Assembly (NCBI RefSeq): GCF_006345805.1
Contig: NW_021834589.1
Location: 1-46,550, forward strand
DNA from: Octopus sinensis
Taxonomy: Eukaryota
Direction of reading: 5' to 3'
DNA: 46,550 nt
Shown: piece by piece, positions 1 through 11,844 of the stretch
How the letters are laid out: every line of letters starts with the position of its first letter
Numbering within the stretch: position 1 is the first letter of the stretch
Translations under genes and position numbers: made by a program
Notes under the pieces: model-generated
Database searches by the model: none
Told to the model about the DNA's origin: nothing
What the model saw: only the letters and a program-made list of their open reading frames with translations

Positions 1-180
1 TATATATATATATATATATATCTATATATATATAATATATACACACACACATCGTTGCAAATGATTAAGATATCTTTCACTATAAAAATGTAAAAGACTT
101 CTTAGCTTCAGGATGATGAAAAAATTTTCCCTTCAAAGCCTTGCTACCAACTAGGTGACCGGTCAAAAATTACTCTAAAT

Positions 181-243
181 TACATACGTACATACGTACA
201 TACATACGTACATACGTACGTACATACGTACATACATACGTAC

Positions 244-274
<31 letters not shown>

Positions 275-352
275 TGTATGTATGTATGTATGTATGTATG
301 TGTGTGTGTATGTATGTATGTATGTATGTATGTATGTTTGTATGTATGTATG
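181..352. repeat. (TACA/TACG)n followed by (TATG)n microsatellite, arranged as an imperfect palindrome
   Basis: Direct reading; centre tacat|atgta at 241-250. Confidence 0.9.
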
Positions 353-353
353 T

Positions 354-600
354 ATGGCTTAGTGGTTAGGGTGTTGCACTCATATCTTAGGATTGTGGTT
401 TCGATTCCTTGACCGGGCGATGCATTGTGTTTTTGAGCAGAACACTTCATTTCACGTTGCTCAAGTTCACTCAGCTGGCAAAAATGAGTAATCCTGCAAC
501 GGACCGACACCACATCCAGGGCAGCGGTGGGGAGGGGAAATATATACGCCACAGAATCCGGGAACCCGACCTTATGTGCCTCTGGCTAAGCAAGGACCTT
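354..600 (+). mobile_element. tRNA-headed SINE, family D (CORE-like plus V-like domain), degraded
   Basis: A-box tggcttagtgg, B-box-like ggtttcgattcc, CORE-like ttgtgtttttgagcagaacactt; homologous to 28741-28878 and 29722-29970. Confidence 0.75.
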
Positions 601-637
601 CGAACCTTTTGATGTATGTATATATGAACTCATAGGA

Positions 638-959
638 GCACTCCGTCGGTTACGACGATGAGGGTCCCAGCTGATACGATCAACGGAACAGCCAGCTAGT
701 GAAATTAACGTGCAAGTGACTGAGCAGGTCACAGACACGTGTACCCCTAACGTAGTTCTCAGGGAGATTTCGCGTGACACAGAGTGTAACAAGGCCAGCC
801 CTTTGAAATACAGGTACAACTCATTTTTGCCAGCTGAGTGGACTGGAACAACGTGAAATAAAGTGTCTTGCTCAAGGACACAACGCCTCGCCGAGAATCG
901 AACTCACGACCTTACAATCGCGAGCCGAATGCCCTAACCACTAAGCCAGGCGCCTTCAC
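638..959 (-). mobile_element. tRNA-headed SINE, family C (CORE-like plus cephalopod-type 3' domain)
   Basis: Minus strand reads gtgaaggcgcctggcttagtggttagggc...gagttcgattctc...tgtccttgagcaagacactt...gtcgtaaccgacggagtgc; homologous to 2997-3362 and 40844-41478. Confidence 0.85.
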
Positions 960-1077
960 ATATGAACTCATACAGACACAATAAATTACTCAAACTTCTT
1001 CAAAAATACACATACACTCACAAATACAAACGCTTATACACATTTTTGCTCACACAGGAACACACAAATTCGCACAT

Positions 1078-1484
1078 GAGGCCCGGATTAAGGCCCAAAA
1101 ACCCTAAGCATTTAAAAGATTTTGGTGGCCCCATTTATATCTAATTCGAAATATAAACAATAATAAACCATAAATAAATGTTTATTTTTCAAAATGAATG
1201 CTAAACTAACAGCAAGATAGAAAATAATGTTTTTATTTTTGTCTACTTCCACTTCATTTATATTCGAAAAGTTCTCTCCTACTTTTTTGAATTGTAAAGT
1301 CTTTGATCAGATCCTCACTGTGACACCATGAACACTTCGAAATCATATTTCCGATCATATAAACCACTTCAAATATCATTTTAGTTAGTTTAAAGTGATT
1401 TCTTTTATGCCGTAAACCATTTACTATTTCTGTGGTGCCTCCTTAAGCACGAGCTTATTTTGTTTAATAGTTAATCCAGTGCTA
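1078..1484. mobile_element. hAT-type MITE with 8-bp target-site duplication
   Basis: Imperfect TIRs gaggcccggattaa / ttaatccagtgcta. Identical 8-bp flank tcgcacat at 1070-1077 and 1485-1492; 8-bp TSD is typical of hAT. AT-rich non-coding interior. Confidence 0.75.
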
Positions 1485-1678
1485 TCGCACATACACAAAC
1501 ACAATCACATGTTCACAAACACACACACACACAACACACACACACACACACACATAAACTCACACGTCCACACTTGACCCATGCAAACTCAGTAACAAGG
1601 ACAGGGGCACAGTCGGAGGCGCAGCCAGACATGAAATGTAAGCCTACGCATGAAACATCTCATTAAGTATTTTATTTA

Positions 1679-2182
1679 CCGTACATCCTCGTGTATAATC
1701 CGCATTTTTTCCCCAAAATTTAACGGTCAAAATCCCTAGTGCGTACTATATACGAGGTTAAAAAAATATTTTCTAAGAAATGTCCGAGTCTCTGTCCGGC
1801 AATTTTTATTCAGACGCATTTTGTGATGTCGGGCACGAAAATTCCTTAAGCTAAGCCTGAAAGCACTGAAGTCATAAAAGAATCATCCATAACTTGCAGT
1901 AAGTAACATTTATTAAACGTTATTTCTGTTATTTCTTTATTTTTCTTCGCAAACAAAATGCACAAAAAAAGCTATTCGTTTGCATTATGTTATATATACA
2001 ATAATAATAAAGGACGTTACCGTATACATTTTTGCAAACCAAGGACGTTATATAGACCTCCTTGACTCAAGTTAGAGAAGGGGTGCGTATTATACACAAG
2101 GTTTAGGTTTTTCAGAGTTACAGCTCCCTAAAAATCCCCTGTGTATTATACTCAAGGGCGGACTGTACTCGAGGATTTACGG
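1679..2182. mobile_element. pogo/Tc1-mariner-type MITE (CCGTA termini, TA TSD)
   Basis: ta|ccgtacatcctcgtgta at the 5' end and tactcgaggatttacgg|ta at the 3' end; sub-terminal gtgcgtattata-like repeats; non-coding. Confidence 0.85.
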
Positions 2183-2470
2183 TACTAAAGCTGGCAGAAT
2201 CGTTAGAGCGTCGAACTAAATACCTTACTTTATTTCATCCGGCTCTTTACGTTCTTTGTCTCCGATGAAATAAAGTACTAGTGAAGTGTTGGGTAGAGGG
2301 CTTCGACTCACCCTTCACGGCCTTAGTTTTACAAACGGAACCCTTCGATTCTCATTTTACTCAGATGGCTTCGCATAACTAATTTCATGTTTAAAATGTC
2401 CTATAGCAGTTTTCTAATTAAATATTATTAGGAATTCATTTATTAAATTGTTAAAATATTTTTTGTATTC

Positions 2471-2823
2471 CTTTAGTCTTTTACGCGTTTCAGTCACATG
2501 ACTGCGGCCATACTTATTCTATCGGTCCCTTTGGCCGAACTGCTATGTTACGAGGACGTAAACACGCCAACATCGATTGTCAAGTGATTGTGGTGGTGGC
2601 GGGGGGACAAACACAGACACAAAGACACAGATAGATAATTATGTACAAAATATATACATACGATGGTCTTCTTTCAGTTTCCGTTTACCAAATCCACTCA
2701 AAAAACTTTTGTCGGTCCGAAGCTATAGCAGAAGATACTTGCCCAAGGTGCCACACAGTGAGGCTGAACCCGGAACCACGCGGTTGGGAAGCAAGCTCCT
2801 TACCACCCACCCACGCTTGCGCC
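2471..2823 (-). mobile_element. SINE family A (tRNA head, CORE-like domain, internal microsatellite, LINE-like tail)
   Basis: Reverse complement of ggcgcaagcgtgg...gtggcaccttgggcaagtatcttct...ggatttggtaaacggaaactgaaagaagacc; at least 10 copies or fragments in the window. Confidence 0.88.
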
Positions 2824-2910
2824 TTATTATAGAAGTATAACCAATTTATTGTACATAAAACTTTTACCACAAAATCTTATACAGACCCCTAAGGGTCATA
2901 GAACGCCAGT

Positions 2911-2965
<55 letters not shown>

Positions 2966-2996
2966 GTATGTATGTATGTATGTATGTAGAAACAGA

Positions 2997-3362
2997 GTGG
3001 AAGCGTCATGGCCCAGTAGTTAGGGCAGCGGACTCGCGGTTTCGATTCCCAGACCGAGCTTTGAGAGTGTTTAATGAGCGAAAACACTTAAAACTCCACG
3101 AAGCTCCGGCAGGGTGTGGTGGCGAACCCTGCTGTACTTTTTCGCCACAACTTTCTCTCACTTTTTCTTCCTGTTTCTGTTGTACCTGTGTTTCAAAGGG
3201 CCTGCCTCGTCACACTCTGTGTCACGCTGAATCTCCCCGAGAACTACGTTAAGGGCACACATATCTGTCGAAAGCTCAGCCACTTGCACGTAAATTTCGC
3301 GAGCAGGCTGTTCCGTTGATTGGATCAACTGGAACCCCCATCGTCGTAACTGACGGAGTGCC
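2997..3362 (+). mobile_element. SINE family C variant
   Basis: tRNA-like head tggcccagtagttagggc...ggtttcgattccc; 3' half matches the reverse complement of 638-800. Confidence 0.8.
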
Positions 3363-3943
3363 GTTGTAGTAGTAATATAACAGAACTGAAAGAGAAAGAA
3401 AAATACAACAAAACATCCCCCCCCCAAAAAAAAACCGACAAAAAACCCAAACTAGAATTTCTGGCATGGGAACAGGAGCAAGTAAGTCTCCCCTCTTCAT
3501 CTTCCTCAAACTCGTAGACCCGTGTCAGCTCACTCGCCGGCCTTTCCAGCTCAGTTCTGGTTTACTACACACACGTAAACTTATGTTCACACGTGAATGC
3601 CTGTTCTCACTCGTAAACACCTTGACTCACTCATAAACACGTTGTTTCACTCATACATGCCTTGTCGTTCTACACACATACCAGTTAATTCTCTCTCCCT
3701 CTCTTCTCTGTCTCTCTCTCTCCTCTCTCTCTCTTTCACAGGCATTCATACTACCTTCCCTACAAAAATCACGTGTTGCTACAAACACGTGTTCACACAA
3801 AAGCACGTTACGTTAGCTTAGAAACACCCCCCCGCACATACAGACTCACATATGTCTGTCTGTCTGTTTGTCTATCTGTCTGTCTGTCTCTGTCTCTCTC
3901 TCTCTCTAGCTCTCTATGTGTGTGTATATGTATATAAACACAC

Positions 3944-3976
<33 letters not shown>

Positions 3977-3979
3977 TGC

Positions 3980-4013
<34 letters not shown>

Positions 4014-4212
4014 ATATATATATACACATATATATATATATATATTTGATAAGTGCCGTTGATCACTTTGTAACTTTCGACAATTATTTGTCTGTTTGTC
4101 TATCTATCTTTCTATTTATTCCTGCAAAAATACGTTCGCAACAAACGTTTTTATGTAAAAAAGCTTAAAATAAAAAATGAAAAAATGAAACGCGTATATA
4201 TACATATTACCT

Positions 4213-4331
4213 CTCCCACAAAAATACGCGTTCCCACAAAACCGTATTCCCACAAAAGCGTATTCCCACAAACATGCTAAATCTCACACATTCACACCTA
4301 TATCTCCTCTCCCACAAAACACGTTCCCACA
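4213..4331. promoter_or_regulatory. Cluster of four TTCCCACA (TGTGGGAA, CSL/Su(H)-type) motifs in a ~16-bp periodic repeat
   Basis: Exact matches at 4231, 4247, 4263 and 4324. Function is inferred only. Confidence 0.3.
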
Positions 4332-4786
4332 AACACGTGTTCATTACAGACGTGTTAACTCACAAAAGAAAAAACACAACAAAGTGACGTTGACGTGGAT
4401 AAATGAGGCGAGCCTCCATGTGAACAGTGAGCTGTTAGAAACAGCAGCTAAATCTCTCTCAAGTCACAAACTACTGTGTTAACAAATGAAAGACAATTGT
4501 GTAATGTTGTTCAAGGTACATTACGTCTGAAAGATAAGATGGGACGGTCCCTACTTGAGCGCTTTTAATCACGTCTGGATGGGGCAAAAATGACCGGTTT
4601 TAAACAAGAATAGCACATTTACATATATCTGTTAGCATCAACCCCCCACCCCCACAAATACACATATATACTCTCACATACATATACACGTACAACCCCA
4701 CTCCCCACCACATATACACACTTTCACACGCGAGAGCCAACCACAAAACCTTTGTGTCGTTTCTCGACCTCGCGGATGTAGTAACC

Positions 4787-4806
4787 AGGTCATAGGTCAC
4801 AGGTCA
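4787..4806 (+). promoter_or_regulatory. Triple AGGTCA with 1-bp spacing (overlapping DR1 nuclear-receptor elements)
   Basis: aggtca-t-aggtca-c-aggtca in sequence that is not an obvious repeat. Confidence 0.35.
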
Positions 4807-5039
4807 CAGGCTTCGGGTAACCCTGAGATCACGCTTTACTGTTTTTAAACAAAACAATTATATAAGCATACCTATTGAACAATTGCATCTTTGATATTCA
4901 AACAAACGTGATGGTCACGACTGGATCATAGGCCCGCTTGATGACGGCTACGGCATACATAATTACACGAAGGCACAAACACATTAAAATACACACACAC
5001 ACACACATGCATACACAAACCTTTACATGAAAAACAAGC

Positions 5040-5126
5040 GCGTGTCCAGGTAAACACGTTCTGTCTCTCTCTTTCTTCCTTTCTTTTTCTTTTGCTTTCC
5101 TTTTCTCCTTTCTCTTACACAGAAAC

Positions 5127-5163
<37 letters not shown>

Positions 5164-6028
5164 ATACACCTTAACCCCTCCCTCTCTGTCTGTCTGTCTC
5201 TCTCGCTCTCTCACTCACACATACGTACGTCCATACACACACATGCACAGACATACTCACACACACACACATGCACAGACATACTCACACACACACATGC
5301 ACAGACATACATACACACATACACACACACACACATACACACACACATACACACATACATACACACGTACCTGCTGCTTCACAAACACAGGTTCATGCAA
5401 ATACTTTCTACCTGTCTCTTTTTCTTTCTTTTCTTCTCTCTTTCTTTCTTGCTTTGTTTGTTTGTTTGTTTGTTTGTTTGTTTCTTTCTTCCTGCCTTTC
5501 TCTTTTCTCTCCCTCCCTCTCTCTCTCGCTCGCTTTCTCTATCTATCTGCCACTCACTCTCTCTTTCACACTCACACAGAAACATGTCCATACAAACACT
5601 TTTACTCTCTTTCTGTCTTTCTACCTCTCGTTTGTCTTCCCTCCCCTTCGTTATCTCCCCCTTTTCCCTCTCTCGTTTTTTATCTCCTCCTCCTCCTCCT
5701 CCTCCTCCTCTCCCTCTTACACACACACACACACACACACCACACACATATACAAGCACATTCTCACTCAAAGCACCCGTTTACATAAACTTGTAAGGCT
5801 TCATTCACACATAGGGACACACAGCCATACGCCCATGTATTCCACTTCCCTACACTAACATGCACTCGTTTACATACACACACAAGCACATTACCTTAAC
5901 TACAGACACACTTAAATACACACACATTGCCAGTCACACACTTGGTCGTATACAGGAACACACCTCACACACATGTCCACGCTAAAACGTTTAAATTTCA
6001 CACATACACATGGATACAAATACTCTTC

Positions 6029-6070
<42 letters not shown>

Positions 6071-6174
6071 TACGCACACACACACACACATAGATATGTT
6101 ACTTTCTATGTGTTCATCCTAACACACATATTCTCTATAAAGACACTACAACGTGTTCACTCACACAAATGTTT

Positions 6175-6205
<31 letters not shown>

Positions 6206-6526
6206 TACATACATACATACATACATACATACATACATACATACATACATACGGACGGACGTACATACATACATGCATATATACATACATATGGACATAC
6301 GTATGTACTTGCATACATACAAACATACATATATACATACATATATACATACATGCATACATGTATTCATACATGCATACATACATACATGCACGCATGC
6401 ATACATACATGGATTCATACATACATATATACTTGCATACATGCATACATATATGCATGCATACATAGGTTCATACATACATGCATGCATGTGTACATAC
6501 ACACATGTATGCATACATACATACAC

Positions 6527-6569
<43 letters not shown>

Positions 6570-6720
6570 CATAAATACACATACACACACACATATATAT
6601 ACATAAATACATACATACACATACATACACAAAATACCTCTTCACAAACTCAGAAACGTATGTTCACCCAAATTTAGGCACACACACACACACACACACA
6701 CATGCATACGCACCCTGTAT
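5040..6720. repeat. Mosaic microsatellite field: (TG)n, (CA)n, (TTTG)n, (CT)n, (CCT)n, (CATA)n
   Basis: Direct reading. Confidence 0.92.
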
Positions 6721-7689
6721 CTGTGTCTCTGTGCCTCTGTCACCCCCACCCCCCACGCACACACACGCTTAAGCATCGCATAGAGCAATATCTCACTTAA
6801 CGATCTCCCCCGTTTAAAGCTCTCCTGCTTTAATGACAGTTTCCTAAAAATTATAAAGGTAAAAATGTAATTAATGGCGCAAAATAATTAATAACCTCTG
6901 CTTTAAAAAGCTTAATTACCACAATGCACCTCGATAATGAAGGCACGAGTGTTTGCTTGTTCAATTAGTTATTCAGTTTGTTTGCATGCTGACGTTTGCG
7001 CGCGCATTCTGTATTCACGTGTTCTCTGCTACTCCTTTTGTCTGAAAACTTTTCAACTAATTCATTACGAACTAATTCAAATCTCGCAAAAAGCCGAAGG
7101 AGTCTAACAATGGAAGATTCTGTTTATTCCTCTACTCTTAAAGAGGGCTCAATGGGATCTTTTCACGACCTGAACAAAAAAAAAAAAAAAAAAAAGAAAA
7201 AAAAAGAAAAATCAATTGAGCCTTATCAAAGATGTCCATCTCCTTCGGAATTATTTATCTATCGCAGAGTTAGTTTACATTTCGAGGCTTAACTCTTTCA
7301 TTCAGATTCTTGCCATTTCTGCTGCTATTGTACAATCTAATTCATGGGAAACTCGAAAGCTTAGTCAATGTTAAGTTCACTTCGATATCCGTTGCCCAAA
7401 CGATTCGGAAGTCTGATTTACATTAAATACTCTCCATCTCACTTCATTTCTATCATTTAAAACTTGATCTTCTTTGGTAGGTCATATTATCTCCTTATCA
7501 ACCTAGACAAACTAGCTCCAACAAAGAAATGGATAAACCTCAACTGATGTCAGTGGATTTAGATTCTTAGTTCAAGTGTGGGGAAAATTGATTTAGAATA
7601 TTTGAAACCATTTACAATAAAGACGTATTTTAATCTTCCTTTAAATTAATCTAATCAATACTAAGGTGCCATTTACTTTTGGCGAATGT

Positions 7690-8757
7690 CAAATATCCTG
7701 GAGACAGCGTTGACACGTCGTCTGCGGCCAACATCGATGGCTTAGGTAGTTCGGACGAGCTTCCTCTAACATCGGAGCTGATGCATGCGGGGAAAAGAGG
7801 TGTCTTTGTGGTATACCCTTAATGCAGGAAATCTTCATGGACTACTATGTCGACAGGTTGCAGGTCGCGTTAGTGGTCACAATGAGATAAACCTAATCGT
7901 TAAACGAATCTTAGCTAGGGTAAATATCCTCTTAGCTTTAAAGCCAGTGGGATTATCCAGAGATAATGAGAAAAGGGCTAATGGACTCACTCTTTGTCCT
8001 TAAGCTACAGGTAGATACAGGTAGACATATGGGACGCCACCGTCAGCGACTCATTTGCTCCATCATAGGCGCAGGCGTGGTTGTGTGGTAAAAAGCTTTC
8101 TTACCACCACACGGTTCCGAGTTCAGTTCCACTGTGTGGCATCTACTGTAGCCTCGGACTGAGCAAAGCCTTGGGAACGGATTTGATAAACGGAAACTGA
8201 AAGAAGCCTGTCGTATATATGTATGTATAAATCTATATTTATTGTGTGTGTCTGTCTATATGTGTGTGTTTTGTGCCTGTGTTTGTTCCCCACCACCGCT
8301 TGACGACCGGTGTTGGTGTGTTTATGTCCCCCGTAAACTAGCGATTCGGCTAACGAGATCGATAAAGTAAGTACCAGGCTTAAAGAAAAAAAAAGAAGTA
8401 TTGGGGTCGATTCATTCTACTAAAAATCAAATGCGTGGCCGCAATCAAATAATTAAGACAAGTAAAAAAAAATATATATAAAATAAGTCCTTAATACTTG
8501 TTCTGGAAGTAGGTGTTACTGCAACGGTAACTGAAGGTTTAAAACGCTAAAAAATTGTAATCTGTCGGTAAATCACATTTTTCAGCTTGTGCTTTCTGAA
8601 GCCGTTGGCCGAGGGCCAAACGCCTTTTAAGGAGGTTTTTCTACTTCGTTTGTACAGCTGACATCCCTCACTGAAGGAAAAGATGATGCATAAAGGTTTC
8701 CAACATCGCAATCATACACGGTAATGTTGTAGGTATTTTGGGGTACCTCTCAAAATT
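7690..8757 (+). mobile_element. Degraded CRE-type non-LTR retrotransposon 3' region (Zn-knuckle plus restriction-like endonuclease), split by a SINE at 8067-8487
   Basis: Frameshifted translation gives C-G...HGLLCRQVAGRVSGHNEINLIVKRIL...LKPVGLSRDNEKRANGLTLCP...IWDATVSDSFAPS. It resumes after the SINE with ...SNIAIIHGNVVGILGYLS. These resemble CRE RLE motifs HGLSC..SAGR..RH, DGKRPDG, WD.T..DT.APS and AIQRGNA..ILG. Confidence 0.75.
8067..8487 (+). mobile_element. SINE family A, near full length
   Basis: aggcgcaggcgtggttgtgtggtaaaaagc head, internal (TA)/(TG) tract, tail ending aagacaagtaaaaa. Confidence 0.88.
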
Positions 8758-8885
8758 ATTTTCAGAGTGACACACTTTTCCCTTGGCGTGATGTAGTATT
8801 AAGGGAGTGTCCAAGCGGCTGTTTTGATTACTTGTATATTAATTTGTACTGTTCCTCCCCTCTTTCTTTCTCCGTATTATTCTTT

Positions 8886-9240
8886 GATTCTTTTAATCTT
8901 TCAATTGTTTCAGTCATCTGACTGTAGCCATGCTGGACCCCCCCCCCCCTTGAGGGGTTTTTAGTACTTATCCTGTCATTCTGTTTTGCCGAACCGCTGG
9001 GCTACGAGGACGTAAACAAGCCAGCATCGGTTGTCAAGATGTGATGGAGGACAGATACAGACACAAAGACACACACATAGATATATGCATATATACATAT
9101 ACGGTGGTCTTCTTTCAGTTTCCGTCTACCAAATCCACTCACAAAGCTTTGGTCGGTCCGAAGTTATAGTAGAAGATACTTGCCCAAGGTGTCACGCAGT
9201 GGGAGTGAACCCGGCACCATGTGGTTGGGAACACAGCCAT
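8886..9240 (-). mobile_element. SINE family A, slightly 5'-truncated
   Basis: Homologous to 8067-8487 in inverted orientation. Confidence 0.85.
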
Positions 9241-9302
9241 TACAATGTGAGCCATGCTATCAATCAAAACAAGTAACTGTATACGTATGTATGTATAGTT
9301 AA

Positions 9303-9851
9303 ATATAATCTTGTTATCAGTTCAAATATGCTTGAATTGTATTCGAACAAGTAATAAAGCCATTCGCTGTATTCTGTCACGGAAAAAAAAAATATTTCTC
9401 GTTGTGACAAATAGGTGTAAACATACCAAATGAGATCGAAACACCTTGTACCCAGAGAGATGGATGCATGCATTTCGGAGTATTATCTCCTCTTAGCAAC
9501 AGATACTGGAAAGTGGGGCGCAACGAACTGACTAGAGACATGTCCCTCTTGCTACATTCCAGTCAACATACTGTGAGTGTTTGCATTAATTCGTCGTCCG
9601 GCCGTAATAAAATACAGATTAGAAGCGCTGATAAGTATAGATATAAACTTGTTACCAGTTCAAATATGCTTCAGGCGTATTCGAACCCGTAACCTGTCCA
9701 TTTACTGTATTTTGTCGCGGAGAAAATTTCGCGTTGTTCACAAAGAGCTGTATACACACCAGATCAGTTCGAAGCGACTCCTAACCATTCTGACGAATAG
9801 ATGCAATTTCGAGTAGTTATCTCCTCTTGAGCCACAGATACTGGAAAGGGA
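9303..9851. repeat. Two diverged direct copies (~210 bp, period ~340 bp) of an unclassified old repeat
   Basis: cttgttatcagttcaaatatgctt...ttatctcctctt...acagatactggaaag at 9303-9513 recurs at 9642-9851. Confidence 0.7.
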
Positions 9852-9854
9852 GAT

Positions 9855-10247
<393 letters not shown>

Positions 10248-10276
10248 CATGCAAAAATATAAATACAGTATATTAA

Positions 10277-10825
10277 TTAGATTCATACAAAAGTAATGGC
10301 GTTTTTTTCCTGTTATTTGAAACTTTGGTGCTTATTATGGAAGAAACCGTTCAATTAATATAGAATTTTGATGCGCGGATGTCTGGGCATTCATTTATGC
10401 TAATAGTTTGATTTCGCTTTTTATTCTTGTTTAGTTTAGACATGTCAAATTAAAGCTGGAATAATAGAAAGCAAATTCGAGCGAATTTCTTTTGTGAGTT
10501 TAAAATGGAATGCAAAGCAGCAGAAACTGCTGGCGGTATCAATCAAGCATTTGAGTAGGGGAGCGTTAACAACGAAACGAACGTACAATTTAACATAGAT
10601 TTATAAAAACAAACAAAAATAAAGCAAAAAAATATCTGTGCGGAGTCAGACGATAACGTTGAAAACAACTGAATGTCGCAGACGACATTCCACGGTAGGT
10701 AATAATCGAGTAGCTTTATCAAATAGTTTTTATGTTTCTTTTATTTTTAGAATGGACCCGTGCAATGAGAATTGAAAGAGGTTTCAGCAGAATTAAACAT
10801 CAACCATTCAACAGTTTTTCGATTT
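10277..10825 (+). mobile_element. mariner relic (Hsmar1-like): 5' TIR plus decayed N-terminal transposase
   Basis: TIR ttagattcatacaaaagtaatggcgttttt resembles the Hsmar1 TIR. Translation fragments QIRANFFCEFKMECKAAETAGGINQAF and EVSAELNINHSTVFR. Confidence 0.8.
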
Positions 10826-11182
10826 TTTTTTACTTATTTGTTCTTGTCATTAGATTGCGGCCATGCTGGGGCACCGCTTAAAAAAAAATTAGTCGAATGA
10901 ATCGAATCCAGTATTAATTTTTGTTTTATACGCATCGTACATATTCTATTGGTTCTTTTTGTCGAACCGCTATGTTGTGGTGATGTTAACACACAAACGC
11001 CGGTTGTCAAGCGGTGGTGGTGACAAGCACAGGCACAAAGTCACACATGCACATATATATATATATACTCTTTACTCTTTTACTCTCTTTTATTTGTGTC
11101 AGTCATTTGACTGTGGCCATGCTGGAGCACCGCCTTTAGTCGGGCAAATCGGTCCTAGGACTTATCCTTTGTAAGCTTAGTA
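10826..11182 (-). mobile_element. Two SINE family A 3' fragments (10826-11050 and 11068-11182)
   Basis: tgcggccatgctggggcaccgc and cagtcatttgactgtggccatgctggagcaccgcctttagtcg are family A tails. Confidence 0.8.
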
Positions 11183-11834
11183 CAGGGTGCGTAAGATATT
11201 TGAGGACAGATTTATGTTTATAGAAAAAAACAAATATATAACATAATAATTTTATTTATCAAAAATGCTATGAAGATGAAAATTATCCTTCTTTTCTATA
11301 ATGTTATTCAATAAAACCACCTTCAGCTTCAACAACTGCTTCTATATGAGATCTGTATCATCTACATGCTCAAATCAAGTGGTCCTGGTTCATTTTGGAC
11401 AATACTCTGACTATGGCAGCTTTCATAGAATCTTTGGTGTTATGGGCGTGGTCATTGACCTCTCTCTCTCTCTCAAGATAGTCCGATGGATTGAGATCTG
11501 GGGAGTTAGGAGGTCAAATGTTAGGGGTTATGTGATCATGAAAATTTTCAATCATCCATTCCTGTGTTACTAGAGCCATGTGTGATAGTGGAGAATCTTA
11601 CTGATACACATATGGCCTTCCATTGCATACACTGTCTATCAAGGGCTTAACAATTATTTCCAGGACCTCAATAAAGGCGGCAGAGTTAACTCTAAGGCCT
11701 TGTGGAAAGAAGTAAGGAGTCAGCACATGTCCTTCATTGCTAACAACCCCTAAAACCATGACAGGAAATTTTGTATGCATAAAGCTTAGAATTTCAGAAG
11801 GGTTTGTATGTACTCAAATACGTTACGCACCCTG
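11183..11834 (-). mobile_element. Internally deleted DD37D (maT-type) Tc1/mariner transposon with intact TIRs
   Basis: ta|cagggtgcgtaa...ttacgcaccctg|ta. The minus strand encodes VMVLGVVSNEG...RPYVYQ*DSPLSH...PPNSPDLNPSDY, with 37 codons counted between the 2nd and 3rd catalytic Asp. Confidence 0.9.
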
Positions 11835-11844
11835 TATATATCTG

